DNA of 7,980 nt. It comes from Amoeboradix gromovi X-113 (Eukaryota; Fungi; Sanchytriomycota). Shown in pieces: positions 6,886 through 7,980 of this stretch (the stretch's first letter is position 1; each line of letters starts with the position of its first letter). The stretch covers positions 1-7,980 of the forward strand of contig JADGIF010000474.1 in assembly GCA_018985225.1 (NCBI GenBank). Reading direction: 5' to 3'. The notes under the pieces were generated by a model. That model was not told where the DNA came from. It was given only the letters and a program-made list of their open reading frames with translations, and ran no database searches. The position numbers and the translations under genes were made by a program.

Positions 6886-7305
6886 ATGTCATGGAAGACA
6901 CCTGAGAAATCATATCAGGAATCTAAATCAATATATGATGACCTAAAAGATACTTCGATGAATATTAGATCTACTGAACCAAATTTAATTAGAAGCGATT
7001 CTAGTCAGCCTATGAAGACTATAACAATGCCACACACCGTTGCAGTGTTTGGATATGATGAAGAAGAAGAAGAAAATATTGAAAACATGTTGAGAAAAGT
7101 GGGAAACGTTGTAGATTCTAGAAAAGATCAACATTGTTTGTATCTTACTTACTCAACTCATGTTGGTGCTGAGAAGGCTCTTGAGTATCATATGGGTGTT
7201 GTAGGGAAAACCAGAATTGCCGTTGAATTGCAAAAAACAGAAAACGAGGTATTTTATGACCCTCTTCAGAAGAAATCTTGGCTGCAATGGATCGGTATTT
7301 TTTGA
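6886..7305 (+). CDS. NUP53: Nup53/Nup35-type RRM nucleoporin, short form
   Basis: ATG at 6886. VAVFGY...GNV...LYLTYST...AEKAL...IAVE resembles the Nup35 RRM, and the C-terminal amphipathic KKSWLQWIGIF resembles its membrane-binding helix. Confidence 0.7.
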   Translation: MSWKTPEKSYQESKSIYDDLKDTSMNIRSTEPNLIRSDSSQPMKTITMPHTVAVFGYDEEEEENIENMLRKVGNVVDSRKDQHCLYLTYSTHVGAEKALEYHMGVVGKTRIAVELQKTENEVFYDPLQKKSWLQWIGIF

Positions 7306-7359
7306 TTTTGTATGATTTAATAAATTTATATTAGTATATTGCAGTGTTGTCTAACCCCA

Positions 7360-7740
7360 CTAATCATTCAAAAAATAGAATCGTAACCGCAGTTTTATTG
7401 TTAATTTTAAAGTGGGCGACTGCTTCTTATTCAACTTTATTTTCAAACTGAGGCTCATTAAAAATCCCTGTCTACATTAATATCAAGAATTTCCAGAGAG
7501 AAATGGACAAACCAGGTTGGTCTGTTACTGAAAGCTTGAGCCGAACAGTTTTGATCCATATTTCAATACATACCTCACTGCTGCACGGTATTCGTCTACT
7601 TTCAGATTAAAGTTGCCGCGTACATATGTTTCCAAACTATTGTTCCTCCGAATTCCACATCTGGTATCCAACTATCAGTAAATGCCTTTTCCTTTTCTAT
7701 GGATCGTAATCTCATTTTAGACCATTTTTCGGCACAAAAA
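7360..7740 (-). pseudogene. degraded Fanzor-like fragment (copy E)
   Basis: Minus strand: FCAEKWSKMRLRSIEKEKAF...VEFG / NNSLETYVRGNFNLKVDEYRAAVRYVLKYGSKLFGSSFQ*QTNLVCPF (7644-7501) ... KLRLRFYFLND. It parallels copy B (FGNDNS..STYIR), copy C (VDDW.A.I..ILK) and copy A (YRLRKC). Confidence 0.4.
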
Positions 7741-7808
7741 TATGTATGTTATCTCGGCTGGTGATATATTAAACTTGAAATATTATACCTGCAGTGGTTT
7801 TGAGGCAT

Positions 7809-7980
7809 TGGGACACCAAATATAAAAACTAGACTAACTCGTTTTTAAAGGTGCACCATACGGATGAAATGCTATCATTAATAAAAGATCTTCTATTATA
7901 CCAATTTTCTTTCATTGATTGTATTCCCTCTTCAAAATAAAAGCAGAAGACCCTGCATCTCGTTCAAATATATGAGGTCT
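7809..7980 (-). mobile_element. 3' end of a Fanzor-carrying element (copy F), continuing beyond the window
   Basis: Inverted ~90% copy of 101-274. It translates RPHIFERDAGSSAFILKREYNQ*KKIGIIEDLLLMIAFHPYGAPLKTS*, with the RD motif intact and a premature stop at 7914-7912 caused by compensating indels. TAG 7836-7834 lies 25 nt from the end. Confidence 0.75.

Overview
AT-rich eukaryotic DNA, probably from a fungus or fungus-related lineage with a very compact genome. The core (2764-7305) holds seven nearly abutting host genes: F-box protein, Maf pyrophosphatase, TIM17, RING E3, C2-domain protein, TIM23 and Nup53/35-like. An NRBF2/Atg38-like gene at 1139-1922 appears to contain a 19-nt intron. 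The main hidden signal lies in the apparently intergenic DNA (1-1102, 1926-2559, 7360-7980). It carries up to six degraded copies of the C-terminal half of a TnpB/Fanzor-like RNA-guided nuclease (E-x-x-TS-x-x-CxxC...YRLRxCxxC...FERD...GL), plus five copies of a shared element end (...GTCCCA). In four copies that end sits exactly 25 nt after the stop-codon position, and three of the five ends are followed by TA. The two best-preserved copies form a ~90% identical inverted repeat at the window edges, with conserved hairpins where an omega-RNA scaffold would be expected. The Fanzor assignment rests on motif recognition by eye and needs HMM confirmation.
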